Positions 39,371 to 48,353 of a DNA stretch of 64,000 nucleotides are shown here, piece after piece (the stretch's first letter is position 1; each line of letters opens with the position of its first letter). Under the pieces are notes generated by a model. The model saw only the letters and a list, made by a program, of their open reading frames with translations. It ran no database searches and was not told the origin of the DNA. This DNA is from Candidatus Micrarchaeota archaeon (GTDB lineage Archaea > Micrarchaeota > Micrarchaeia > Anstonellales > Bilamarchaeaceae): assembly GCA_043821365.1 (NCBI GenBank), contig JBDRCX010000002.1:142875-206874 (forward strand), read 5' to 3'. The position numbers and the translations under genes were made by a program.

Positions 39371-40837
39371 TTAACCACTTTCATTTTGCAAATGGTATAC
39401 TATTACTCGTTTATCCTCAAAAACAACATTTCCATCAATATAAATTTCAGTGTCACCTAAAATTGCAATATAATCAAATTTCGTTATGTTTGTATCCTTT
39501 CTGTAAATCGCAGGTATGGTAAATGCACCGGCAAAATTACTATCAATAACATAACTATGGTTTTCAGAATAATTTTGTATGAAGATATAATACTCCTCTT
39601 CACTGGTATTCCTGAGCATCGTTATCAGTCCATAGTCTAACCAGCTCCCAGTTTCCCTTTTCTCTTCAAGCATTTTATATGCTGCAACATCTGGCATGTA
39701 AGTTCCGATTATCAGAACATTCTCTTTTCCTACTAGAAATTCACCAGCATTTTTTTGTGGTGAGAACTTTTCCTCATAACTCAAATGGGCAAAAAACCCA
39801 ACAACAAAAGATAATATGATCACTACTGAAAATACATAGTAAAAGAATTTGTCTAATTTAATCTTTCCATTTTCCATGCTCAAGTACTTCACACCCAGAT
39901 AAACCAATGGCGGAATTATTGGATAGAAATAAAATGGCATTAGAGTGCTAGCTATCAAAGGAAAAATCCCCAAAATAAACCAAACAGTTATTGCTAAATT
40001 CTCTTTCCAACTTTTTACGAAACCAAACATTGCCAAGATACACCAAGCAACAGTCAATGGAAAAATGCCAATTATGGATCCTATGATGTTTTCGATAGTC
40101 AATTTTTCTATGATTAGATTTTTGGCAACATAATTTGTCATGGATACTGGTTCACTCGTAGTGATTGTTCCTTCAGCCATCATTGCCATCGGAAATGCAA
40201 GTAGCGATAATAAGAATATTGGAGCCATAATTTTTTTCTTATCGTTTTGGAAAAGATATGCAACAGCAACAATCGGTACAGTTGCAGCATTTGTTTGTTT
40301 TACAAAATAGGCTAGAAATGTGAATATGCCACCAAGTACGAAGAGTTTTTCATCTTTCAAACCATTAATATAGGCCAAGACACCAGCAAAGATGAAGGTT
40401 CCGCACAAAGTGTCAGTCAGAACACGCAGTTCTGTATGTATGTTGAGTCCAAGTGTCACATATGCAAGTGCCATCAAAAATGCTTCATCTTTTCTTTTAG
40501 TAAATTTTTCAAATATAAAAAATACCAAAATTGCATTCATTAGTCCAAATAAGAGATTTGGAAGACGGTAAACTGCTTCTATAGGTATTGGCAAATCCCT
40601 CAAAAACTGGACAAAAAAGCCACTTATCCAGAAAAATAATGGTGGTTTCCATCCAACTGGATAGTCAAATAAAGTTACAATCAGAGTCGGATTTTCTATT
40701 TGTTCTTCTATCATTACTGAGTAAAATGCTTCATCCTGAACAAAAGGGACATAATCAATTATGGGAACTCGAATAATTAGGTAGACAAATGTAATTACTA
40801 ATAGCATTTTTTTGTAATCTAATTTATCCAAATCCAT
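39371..40837 (-). CDS. ArnT/PMT-like (GT-C) membrane glycosyltransferase
   Basis: QDEAFY, KPPLFFW, YRLPN, multiple TM helices. Confidence 0.8.
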   Translation of the reverse strand: MDLDKLDYKKMLLVITFVYLIIRVPIIDYVPFVQDEAFYSVMIEEQIENPTLIVTLFDYPVGWKPPLFFWISGFFVQFLRDLPIPIEAVYRLPNLLFGLMNAILVFFIFEKFTKRKDEAFLMALAYVTLGLNIHTELRVLTDTLCGTFIFAGVLAYINGLKDEKLFVLGGIFTFLAYFVKQTNAATVPIVAVAYLFQNDKKKIMAPIFLLSLLAFPMAMMAEGTITTSEPVSMTNYVAKNLIIEKLTIENIIGSIIGIFPLTVAWCILAMFGFVKSWKENLAITVWFILGIFPLIASTLMPFYFYPIIPPLVYLGVKYLSMENGKIKLDKFFYYVFSVVIILSFVVGFFAHLSYEEKFSPQKNAGEFLVGKENVLIIGTYMPDVAAYKMLEEKRETGSWLDYGLITMLRNTSEEEYYIFIQNYSENHSYVIDSNFAGAFTIPAIYRKDTNITKFDYIAILGDTEIYIDGNVVFEDKRVIVYHLQNESG

Positions 40838-41758
40838 TCAACCACGTGCCGTGTGCTTTTTCGTAATACTAATTACAATGTCTAAAATTTTTGATAACAT
40901 GTATAAAATCACCATCCCAACAATGGTTAATCCAATTGCAGTTAACCAATCGAGTTTCAATGGCAAACCTATGTCTAAACCATCTGCATACATAAGCAAA
41001 GGCAAGCCCAAAACAACAAACATCAATACCCAATACCTAATTGGATCTTTTCCTAAATATTCTATTTCTTTAATATCTATTTTTTTGGAAAGTTTGAAAA
41101 ATAATAATGATACTAATATGGATAAAATTATGAAAGAAGGCGTAACCATAAGTTTGTAAGGAGGTATTAAAATCAGCATAATTACTGAGAACAGGATTAG
41201 CGGTGTGATATATTTATCTATATTCTCTATCTCTCTACCAGCTATTACTCCAGCAAGCATAACAGGAAGGTAAAATATGGCAGCACCATACCCACCAAGA
41301 TAATTTGCATTGAAATCTGGTAGAAACCCAACAACCTGAAGAGCAAAGTAAAGAAGAAACACAGATAGTCCAGCAATTATTATTTCTTTATTTGAAAATT
41401 TGATCAAAAGAAGTGTTGGCATGAACAATAAAACATTAAGCATAATTTCATCCATACCAAGGAATTCACCAGAAGAAATCGGCGAAAGAAAAAACCAAAT
41501 CATCACTAGTTTTCCTATTCTTTCTATTATGTCCAAAATGTAATCCTTATTTTTACTTTTCTTTTTATCAAAATAAACAAGTGACATTCCACTTGCAAAA
41601 AGAAACATTGGCAATACAAAATCTCCTGGTCTTAATGTTCCGGGTACATTGTGGGTTAATAACCATGGAAGCGAACTGCATAAACCAAGGATTATTGTAA
41701 AAAACACCATTAGGAGAATGCTAAGCCCTCTAAAAGTGTCTATTGCCTTTATTCGCAT
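40838..41758 (-). CDS. HGSNAT-like (DUF1624/DUF5009) membrane acyltransferase
   Basis: RIKAIDTFRGLSILLM, DFVLPMFLFASGMS, polytopic. Confidence 0.8.
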   Translation of the reverse strand: MRIKAIDTFRGLSILLMVFFTIILGLCSSLPWLLTHNVPGTLRPGDFVLPMFLFASGMSLVYFDKKKSKNKDYILDIIERIGKLVMIWFFLSPISSGEFLGMDEIMLNVLLFMPTLLLIKFSNKEIIIAGLSVFLLYFALQVVGFLPDFNANYLGGYGAAIFYLPVMLAGVIAGREIENIDKYITPLILFSVIMLILIPPYKLMVTPSFIILSILVSLLFFKLSKKIDIKEIEYLGKDPIRYWVLMFVVLGLPLLMYADGLDIGLPLKLDWLTAIGLTIVGMVILYMLSKILDIVISITKKHTARG

Positions 41759-41795
41759 ATATCTTCCCTATATCCTTAGTTATTTTAATCATACT

Positions 41796-42563
41796 ATGCA
41801 TTTTCTTTATATGAAGATCTTCTGGAACAAGTCAGTCCATGAAAATGCTGCTTATTATTATGAGCTTGCCAAAGATAGCCGTGCTAAAATCTCTGGTCTC
41901 GAGCAGGCAATGGAAGAAACAAAAAAAGAAATAAAAGAAGCCAAAAAACCAGAGAAAAAAAACATCAAGATTAAAAGAGAAAAACAATGGTTTGAAAAAT
42001 TCCATTTTGGATTTACAGCTACTGGAAAATTAATTATTGGTGGAAGAAGTGCCCAGCAGAATGATCTTATTTACAAAAAATATATCGAGGAGAATGATTT
42101 ATTTTTCCATGCAGATATCCAGGGGGGGTCAGCAGTTATACTCAAAGATGGTGTCAATGCAGATGAAGAAGAATTAAAAGAAGCTGCCCAGTTTGCTGCT
42201 TGCTTTTCTAATGCATGGAAAAATGCAAATGCTTCTGTTGATGTTTACTGTGTTAAAAAAGTTCAATTAAGCAAACATGCAACTGGTGGATTTATACCGT
42301 CTGGGGCATTTGCAATAACTGGAGAAAGAAAATGGTTTAAAACAATGAAGCTTATTCTAAAGATCGGCATGAATGAAAATCTTGAAATAGCTTCAGAATT
42401 TTCAAAAAGACCACTTCGAAATGTTCTTTTATTGGTTCCGTCCCTTGCAGGAAAAGATAAGGGAAGCATGTCCAAATCTCTGGCAAAACGATTCAATGTT
42501 CATCCGGATTTCATATTGGAATTGCTGCCAAATGGGAAAAGTAAGACTATTGAGCCAAAATAG
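41796..42563 (+). CDS. NFACT-R (DUF814) protein: C-terminal half of Rqc2/NEMF homologue
   Basis: SVHENAAYYY, WFEKF, GGRSAQQND, FHADIQG, AACFSNAWK, GAFAITGER; start 41796 or 41811. Confidence 0.85.
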   Translation: MHFLYMKIFWNKSVHENAAYYYELAKDSRAKISGLEQAMEETKKEIKEAKKPEKKNIKIKREKQWFEKFHFGFTATGKLIIGGRSAQQNDLIYKKYIEENDLFFHADIQGGSAVILKDGVNADEEELKEAAQFAACFSNAWKNANASVDVYCVKKVQLSKHATGGFIPSGAFAITGERKWFKTMKLILKIGMNENLEIASEFSKRPLRNVLLLVPSLAGKDKGSMSKSLAKRFNVHPDFILELLPNGKSKTIEPK

Positions 42564-42636
42564 CTCCTGGATCTAAAAAAGGCAGATATAAAATTCTTCA
42601 TTCTGATAGTAACAATTACTTATTAGTGTGATTTGT

Positions 42637-45543
42637 ATGTACCAACGTTTAGAGATTACGACTAAAAATCATATTAAAGATGTTCAGGGAGATCAACTTA
42701 AAGACAAATTGAAAAAAGATTTGAATCTTGATACTATCTGTCGTTTTATTGACGCATATAATCTTGCAGAAAAACTTTCTGACGATGAATTACTAACTCT
42801 TGCAAATGAGGTTTTTACTGATTCAATTACGCAGGAGTACTCAGTTCAAGAACCATTTTTCAAGGATTATTGGAGGATTGAGGTCGGTATGCTCCCAGGA
42901 GTTACTGACAATATTGGTCACACTGCATCAGAGGCAATAAAAGATAGATTTGGGAGAAATGTTGATGTTTACTACTCACGGATGTATGCAATAAACGGAG
43001 CAATTGATGAAGTTTTGTGCGAACAAATTGCAGCAATGCTTCACAATCCTCTTGTTGAGAAATTTAATATTTATCCTCCTGGTGAAGATACAAAACCTTA
43101 TCTCCCGATAGTCAAAATACCTCACGAACCAACTGTGCAAAAGATAAGTTTGCACATGGGCGAAGAAAGATTCAAAGCATTGGCAAAGGAAAGATTGCTC
43201 TCATTATCTTATGAAGAATTTGAAGCGATTAAACACTATTTCAAATTAGAAAAAGTAGTTAATGCACGTAAAAGGGTTGGCCTTGATAATAAAATAACTG
43301 ATGTTGAACTTGAAGCTTTGGCCCAAACCTGGAGTGAACATTGCAAACATAAAATTTTCAATGCAAAAATAAGTTATGAAGAGAATGGAGAAGTGCATGC
43401 AATAGATTCAATTTTCAAAACATTTATCCGCGGTGCTACTGAACAGGTGAAAAAACCATATATTGTTAGTGTGTTCAAGGATAATGGCGGCATAATCAAA
43501 TTTAATCACGAATATGATGTTGCAGTTAAAGTTGAAACTCATAATGCTCCATCAGCACTTGACCCATATGGCGGTGCTTTGACCGGTGTTCTTGGTGTTC
43601 AAAGAGACATAATGGGAACTGGTATTGGTGCAAATCCAATTGCAAATATCGATGTTCTGTGTTTTGGTCCATTAGATGCAAAGAAAGAAGATGTGCCTAA
43701 GGGTGTTTTACATCCATCAGTGATAGCTAGTGGAGTTGTAAAAGGGGTTGAGCATGGCGGAAATAAAATGGGCATCCCAACCATTAACGGTTCTATTATA
43801 TTTGATAAAGATTACACATGTAGGCCATTGGTATATTGCGGAACAATAGGTTTAATGCCTTCAAAAATTAATGAAAAAAGAACTTCTGAAAAATCAATTG
43901 AACCCGGCTATCTAGCAGTTATGGTTGGAGGCAGAATAGGAAAAGATGGTATTCATGGTGCCACATTTTCATCAATGCAAATGGATGCTTCAACTCCGCA
44001 AAGTGTTGTACAGATAGGCGATCCAATCACCCAGAAAAAAATGTTGGATTTTATACTTCAAGCAAGAGATAAAATGCTTTATGAAGCCATTACTGATAAT
44101 GGTGCGGGTGGACTTTCCTCAAGTGTTGGGGAACTAGCCCAAATAAGTAATGGTTGTGAAATCTATCTTGATAAGTGCCCATTGAAGTATTCTGGTCTTG
44201 ATCCATGGGAAATTTTGGTTTCAGAATCTCAAGAAAGGATGTCACTTGCAGTAAAACCAGAAAAACTCGATGAAATCTCAGAACTTGCAAAGGTTTATGA
44301 TGTTGAATTGTCAGTTGTTGGTAAGTTTACAGATTCAAAAAGATTTCATATTTTCTACAATGATAAAACTGTTGCATATCTTGACATGAAATTTTTACAT
44401 GATGGTTTGCCACAACTAAAACTAAGTGCATCCTGGAAAAAACTAATTTTCCATGATCCTGATATTGGTAAATTCTATCCAGAAGATGTTTTGAGAAAGT
44501 TACTTTCCTCGCCAAACATAACTACTAAAGAAAATGTTATCAGACGCTACGATCATGAAGTCAAAGGAATGAGTGTCATTAAGCCAATAATGGCCGGTCC
44601 AAATGATGCAGCTGTTATAAGGCCGGTTTACAATTCTAAAGAAGGTCTAGTAGTTTCTCATGGAATCTGCTCAAAATATGTCCAAGATGGGTATTCTATG
44701 GCTGCAATGGCATTTGATGAGGCTGTAAGAAATGCAATTGCAGTTGGAGCTAAATTTGGTTATTTAGCATGTTTAGATAACTTCTCTTGGCCAGATCCAG
44801 TAAAATCTGCTAAAACACCTGATGGAGAACAAAAACTAGGTAATTTAGTAAGATCATGCCTGGCACTTTATGATTGCGCAACAAGTTATGGCGTCCCAAT
44901 AATATCTGGCAAAGACAGTATGAAAAATGACTACTATTCAGCAGGGAAGAAATATTCAATCCCACCAACACTTCTTGTTACTGTTGTAGGTAAAATTGAC
45001 AATATTTCCAAATCAGTTAGTTCTGAATTCAAAAACCCAGGGGACATAATCTACGTTCTCGGAACAACGAGAGATGAGCTAGGAGGCAGTGAATTCTATC
45101 GTTTATTCGGTGGTATCGGTAATGATCACCCCCAGTTATACATGGATGAACATATACCGTTATATAAATCATTTTCATCTGCAATTGAAGAAGGACTTGT
45201 TGCATCTGCACATGATGTATCAGATGGAGGGCTTGCAATTGCATTTGCAGAATCATCACTTGGTTATAGTCTTGGTGCAGAAATCGATCTTTCAAAAATA
45301 CCAAAAACAACTGAGGATATTATTTCGCTTTTATTCTCTGAGAGTGCAGGTAGGTTCGTAGTAAGCGTGAAACCAGAGAATGCTGAAAAATTTGAGAGAG
45401 TAATGCACAAGACAGCATTTGCAAAGGCAGGGAGAGTAAGAGGGGATAAAAGATTCATAATGAAAGTCAATGAAGAAACTATCGTTAATGATTCAATTAT
45501 TGATATTCGGGAATTCTATCTTAAGGGTGTAAAAATCACATAA
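42637..45543 (+). CDS. purL: Phosphoribosylformylglycinamidine synthase, PurS-like-fused PurL without glutaminase domain
   Basis: WSEHCKHKIF, KVETHNAPS, GRIGKDGIHGATFSS, DNGAGG, SESQERM, GKDSM, SAHDVSDGG; ~190-aa N-terminal extension. Confidence 0.93.
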   Translation: MYQRLEITTKNHIKDVQGDQLKDKLKKDLNLDTICRFIDAYNLAEKLSDDELLTLANEVFTDSITQEYSVQEPFFKDYWRIEVGMLPGVTDNIGHTASEAIKDRFGRNVDVYYSRMYAINGAIDEVLCEQIAAMLHNPLVEKFNIYPPGEDTKPYLPIVKIPHEPTVQKISLHMGEERFKALAKERLLSLSYEEFEAIKHYFKLEKVVNARKRVGLDNKITDVELEALAQTWSEHCKHKIFNAKISYEENGEVHAIDSIFKTFIRGATEQVKKPYIVSVFKDNGGIIKFNHEYDVAVKVETHNAPSALDPYGGALTGVLGVQRDIMGTGIGANPIANIDVLCFGPLDAKKEDVPKGVLHPSVIASGVVKGVEHGGNKMGIPTINGSIIFDKDYTCRPLVYCGTIGLMPSKINEKRTSEKSIEPGYLAVMVGGRIGKDGIHGATFSSMQMDASTPQSVVQIGDPITQKKMLDFILQARDKMLYEAITDNGAGGLSSSVGELAQISNGCEIYLDKCPLKYSGLDPWEILVSESQERMSLAVKPEKLDEISELAKVYDVELSVVGKFTDSKRFHIFYNDKTVAYLDMKFLHDGLPQLKLSASWKKLIFHDPDIGKFYPEDVLRKLLSSPNITTKENVIRRYDHEVKGMSVIKPIMAGPNDAAVIRPVYNSKEGLVVSHGICSKYVQDGYSMAAMAFDEAVRNAIAVGAKFGYLACLDNFSWPDPVKSAKTPDGEQKLGNLVRSCLALYDCATSYGVPIISGKDSMKNDYYSAGKKYSIPPTLLVTVVGKIDNISKSVSSEFKNPGDIIYVLGTTRDELGGSEFYRLFGGIGNDHPQLYMDEHIPLYKSFSSAIEEGLVASAHDVSDGGLAIAFAESSLGYSLGAEIDLSKIPKTTEDIISLLFSESAGRFVVSVKPENAEKFERVMHKTAFAKAGRVRGDKRFIMKVNEETIVNDSIIDIREFYLKGVKIT

Positions 45544-45633
45544 CGATTTTTACTTAATAATGGAGTGAAACAACGTTTCACGACAGTCGCGAAGTTTTTA
45601 CTTCGCAACAAAATAAGGATTTTTATGAGGTGT
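45544..45633 (+). repeat. Twin-hairpin leader cassette, copy 1 (argS leader)
   Basis: GTGAAAC-AAC-GTTTCAC (45565-45581), GACA, GTCGCGAAGT-TTTT-ACTTCGCAAC (45586-45609), AAAATAAGGATTTTTATGAGGTG; aligns with reverse complement of 50401-50492. Confidence 0.85.
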
Positions 45634-45678
45634 CGAACGTTGTTCGACTTAATAAAAATAAGGATTTTTATGAGGTGT
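45610..45678 (+). repeat. Perfect 24-bp direct repeat flanking a 7-bp hairpin
   Basis: AAAATAAGGATTTTTATGAGGTGT at 45610-45633 and 45655-45678; GTCGAAC-GTT-GTTCGAC at 45632-45648. Confidence 0.9.
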
Positions 45679-45683
45679 GGAAA

Positions 45684-47498
45684 TTGCTTAGCGAATTAAA
45701 AAAAGAAGTTGCATTGCTTACCAGCGAAGCTGCCAATCTGTCAGTTGATGAAGCAATTGGCTTTGTTGAACTTGGAAAAATGGGGGATCTATCTAGTAAG
45801 GTTGCATTTGCAGTTTCTCAAAAGGAAAAAAACAATCCAACTGTGATTGCGTCTGAACTCGTGAAGAAAATCAAACCAAATAAAAATTTTTCTAAAGTGG
45901 AAGCAACTGGTCCGTATGTAAATTTCTATCTAAGTGATCATGCATATTCCAAGATTCTTGTTGAAATTCTTTCTAAAAAAGAAGATTTCGGGAAAAGCAA
46001 AAAGAAAAAAGATAAGGTCGTGATAGAATTTCCATCAGTTAATCCAAATAAACCTTGGCACATTGGTCATCTGAGAAATGCACTTTTGGGAGATTCAGTT
46101 GCAAGAATTCTTGAATTTGATGGTTATCAGGTAGAAAAGATAGATTATATTGATGATCTTGGACTTCAGGTGGCACAAAGTCTTTGGGGGTTCTTGAATT
46201 ATGATTCCAATCCCAGTGGTAAATTTGACAATTGGTTGGGGCATCAGTATGTTGGCATTGCTAAGAAATTCGAAGAAGATAAAACAATTGTCGAAGGAGT
46301 GAGAACTGTATTAAAATCAATGGAAGATGGGAAAGACGAGATTGCCAAAAAAGGCAGAGAACTTGCAGAAAAATGCGTTGCAGCTCAATATGAAACTGCG
46401 TTTAATTTTGGTATTTATCATGATGTTTTGATTTTTGAAAGTGATATTCTCCATACTATTTTTGATGATGGCATCGCTTACATAAAGAAGAATGATGCTG
46501 TTGTTCTTGAAAAAGATGGTAAGAATTCTGGTTGTTGGGTAGTCAAATTAAGTGAGGAATTTGAAAAAGAATTCGGCAAAATGGAAAACCCAGATAAAGT
46601 TCTTATACGAAGTGACGGGACTGCTGTTTACACAGGTAAAGATATCATTTTTCATTTATGGAAATTTGGTAAGTTGAAAAATTTTCTTTACGAACCATTC
46701 ACCAAACAACCAAATGGCAAAATGTCATATAAAAGTTCATCTTCTGGAAAAGAAATGGATTTTGGTAATGCATCAATTGCAATAAATGTTATTGGTGTTG
46801 AACAAAAATATCCACAACGAGTTATTGTTGAAGTCTTAAAACGTTTGAATTTCAATGAAGAAGCCAAAAATCTTTATCATTTATCATACGAGCATGTTGG
46901 TCTTCCAGAAGAAAAGTTTTCTGGGAGAAAAGGAACCTGGGTTGGGTTTACTGCCGATGAGCTTCTAACAGAGGCTCAATCTCGTGTTATGGGAAAGATT
47001 AGACTTGATACTACTGATGATGAAAAAAAACAAATCGCAAAAATAGTTGGGGTTGCAGCAATCAAATTTTCGTTCTTAAGGAATGGCTCAGAAAAAAGGA
47101 TAACGTTCAAGTGGGAAGATGCACTTAATATGGAAGGTGACTCTGGTCCCTATCTTCAATATGCATTTGTAAGAACAAATGGAATTCTGAAAAAAACAGA
47201 TGAAAAACCAGTTGTTGAAGAACTAAATTTCAACGAACAAGAAAAAAAACTGATTAAAAAAATGGCACAACTCTCAGAGATAGTTGCAAGAAGTTCAAAA
47301 GAACGTGCACCTCACCATGTTACTCAGTATAGTCTTGAACTTGCTGCTGATTTTAGTTCTTTTTATACTACCTCACCTGTCTTAAATTCAGAAGATAAAA
47401 AAATAATGAAAAATAGGCTTGCAATTGTATCTGCAACTGCAATTGTTCTGAAAACATCTCTTGGTTTGCTTGGTATTGAATGTCCGGTACGAATGTAA
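45684..47498 (+). CDS. argS: Arginine--tRNA ligase
   Basis: IEFPSVNPNKPWHIGHLRNA (HIGH), RSDGTAVYTGKD, FSGRKG, EGDSGPYLQYAFVR; TTG 45684 after GAGGTG SD preferred. Confidence 0.96.
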   Translation: MLSELKKEVALLTSEAANLSVDEAIGFVELGKMGDLSSKVAFAVSQKEKNNPTVIASELVKKIKPNKNFSKVEATGPYVNFYLSDHAYSKILVEILSKKEDFGKSKKKKDKVVIEFPSVNPNKPWHIGHLRNALLGDSVARILEFDGYQVEKIDYIDDLGLQVAQSLWGFLNYDSNPSGKFDNWLGHQYVGIAKKFEEDKTIVEGVRTVLKSMEDGKDEIAKKGRELAEKCVAAQYETAFNFGIYHDVLIFESDILHTIFDDGIAYIKKNDAVVLEKDGKNSGCWVVKLSEEFEKEFGKMENPDKVLIRSDGTAVYTGKDIIFHLWKFGKLKNFLYEPFTKQPNGKMSYKSSSSGKEMDFGNASIAINVIGVEQKYPQRVIVEVLKRLNFNEEAKNLYHLSYEHVGLPEEKFSGRKGTWVGFTADELLTEAQSRVMGKIRLDTTDDEKKQIAKIVGVAAIKFSFLRNGSEKRITFKWEDALNMEGDSGPYLQYAFVRTNGILKKTDEKPVVEELNFNEQEKKLIKKMAQLSEIVARSSKERAPHHVTQYSLELAADFSSFYTTSPVLNSEDKKIMKNRLAIVSATAIVLKTSLGLLGIECPVRM

Positions 47499-47500
47499 TT

Positions 47501-47530
47501 TTGTTCACTACATTGCCTCGTGGTGAACAA
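47501..47530. terminator. Hairpin between convergent argS and beta-barrel gene, possible bidirectional terminator
   Basis: TTGTTCACTAC-ATTGCCTC-GTGGTGAACAA, 11-bp stem with one G.T wobble. Confidence 0.5.
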
Positions 47531-47545
47531 CCCAACAATATGAAA

Positions 47546-48235
47546 TCAAAACGTTTTAGATACAAATCCACCAAGATTCCATCCGAATGTATCATCACTT
47601 GAGTTCGCATGATTTCCTGTTTCTGTTAAGTCAACTGCAGCTCCAAATCCAAAACCATCCAGACTGATACCAACACGTACTCTCTGTGTGCTCCAAATAT
47701 GTCCGCTTGCATCTAGATCAGAAACATTCTCAATTTTGGTAAGAAGTTCTATTGTTTCACTAAGTGCTGGAGAATAACTTAATGCAGTTAAAAGTTCAAG
47801 ATATGGTTTACTGTCCAATCCTATTGTGGCAAGATTATATGCGCTAAAATCGCCTGCTTTAATGAAATGTTGCAATCCTGCTCTTGGAATAGGTGTACCT
47901 CCAATTAATTGAATTTCACCTACAGCATCCAAACCATCTGTTAATTTTATGCTTAAATCTGCCAAACCAAAGGAACTTATGGTGCCAGTGTAATCCATTG
48001 ACGGTCTTACTCTAAAGAATAAACCTAGTTCATCTGTGATTTTTGCTGATGCTTTTATGTCAACCACAGCGCTTTTATGGCCAGCCATAAATTCAATGGA
48101 ATTAGCCTGAGCTGGTTTTGGTGCAGCCAGCATAAGTCCAGATACAAGTACTGCGCTGGTTACAACTTTTGCTAACTTTCTTGCCACTTGCTTTGTTTTT
48201 CCCCACATTCTTCCTGTTCTGTTTATCATTTCCAT
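47546..48235 (-). CDS. Secreted all-beta protein, probable 12-stranded outer-membrane-type beta-barrel
   Basis: Signal peptide ending PAQA, ~12 amphipathic strands with alternating hydrophobic residues, C-terminal WNLGGFVSKTF; ATG 48235 with AAGGTGGG SD. Confidence 0.6.
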   Translation of the reverse strand: MEMINRTGRMWGKTKQVARKLAKVVTSAVLVSGLMLAAPKPAQANSIEFMAGHKSAVVDIKASAKITDELGLFFRVRPSMDYTGTISSFGLADLSIKLTDGLDAVGEIQLIGGTPIPRAGLQHFIKAGDFSAYNLATIGLDSKPYLELLTALSYSPALSETIELLTKIENVSDLDASGHIWSTQRVRVGISLDGFGFGAAVDLTETGNHANSSDDTFGWNLGGFVSKTF

Positions 48236-48353
48236 ATTCCCACCTTCTACAACAATTCCACACATTCAAGTTATTTATTATCTTTTAGTTTTTTTTACTA
48301 AGAAACCCAAAAATTTATAAATTATTTTAGGTTAATTAGCAAATATTGGTTTT

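Noticed and set aside
45544-45683. T-box riboswitch upstream of argS
   Set aside because: No T-box consensus (AGGGTGGNACCGCG-like), no long Stem I or specifier loop, and the leader is too short.
45630-45683. ORF-track N-terminal extension of ArgS (MSNVVRLNKNKDFYEVWK)
   Set aside because: It runs through the direct repeat and hairpin. TTG 45684 has a GAGGTG SD and gives a normal N-terminal domain length.
45722-45732. GCGAAGC mini-hairpins inside coding sequence (also ~29023-29031 in tldD)
   Set aside because: Explained by ordinary codons (S-E-A, C-E-A); no flanking cassette homology.
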